From: Octopus sinensis | Lineage: Eukaryota | Direction: 5' to 3' | Length of the DNA stretch: 6,028 bases | NCBI RefSeq assembly: GCF_006345805.1 | Contig: NW_021829496.1 | Coordinates: 1 to 6,028, forward strand | Shown: in pieces, positions 5,843 to 6,028 of the stretch | How positions within the stretch are numbered: the first letter of the stretch is position 1 | Layout of the letters: each line of letters opens with the position of its first letter | Program-made: the position numbers and the translations under genes | Notes under the pieces: model-generated | Databases searched by the model: none | What the model was told of the DNA's origin: nothing | What the model saw: the letters and a program-made list of their open reading frames with translations, nothing else

Positions 5843-6028
5843 TATTTATTTAACATAATAACGAGAGTGAAGAGTGGTACGAGCCATTATAGTTTAAACC
5901 ATAGCACTACAATTGCCACAACGGTATTTATTTTCATACCTCTCTCTCTAATTTTCCTTGACGCTGAAGATCAAATCACACCACGCCACAAAATGTACTC
6001 TTAACTCATCAAGATTTTAAAGAAAACT

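Larger units (their letters stand above)
5321..5844 (+). mobile_element. Internally deleted mariner (DD34D) derivative with 3' TIR and TA; 5' TIR absent; left boundary approximate
   Basis: Transposase remnant at 5459-5769, followed by a mariner-type terminal repeat at 5813-5842 and TA at 5843-5844. No TTGGGTTG-like copy of the TIR was seen upstream. Confidence 0.8.

Overview
AT-rich, microsatellite-dense, non-genic eukaryotic DNA with no intact protein-coding gene. The compound (TA)/(TG)/(TATG) tracts and decayed Tc1/mariner families resemble a coleoid cephalopod (octopus-like) genome; this is inference, not proof. The window holds a decayed DD37D (maT-type) transposase on the + strand (2374-3783), split by a ~480-bp block of ~150-bp tandem repeats and preceded by a canonical-looking 129-nt GT-AG intron. 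It also holds an internally deleted DD34D mariner derivative with only its 3' TIR and TA recognisable (~5321-5844), three unrelated long foldback palindromes (1-83, 3865-3969, 5078-5317), a perfect 6 x 20-bp purine-pyrimidine minisatellite, and several microsatellite blocks. Most ORFs in the supplied track are artefacts of dinucleotide repeats or antisense shadows of the transposase. I found no convincing novel biological system. The best leads are the splice signals that would join an upstream frame in-frame to the transposase, the satellite-like insert, and the foldback elements.
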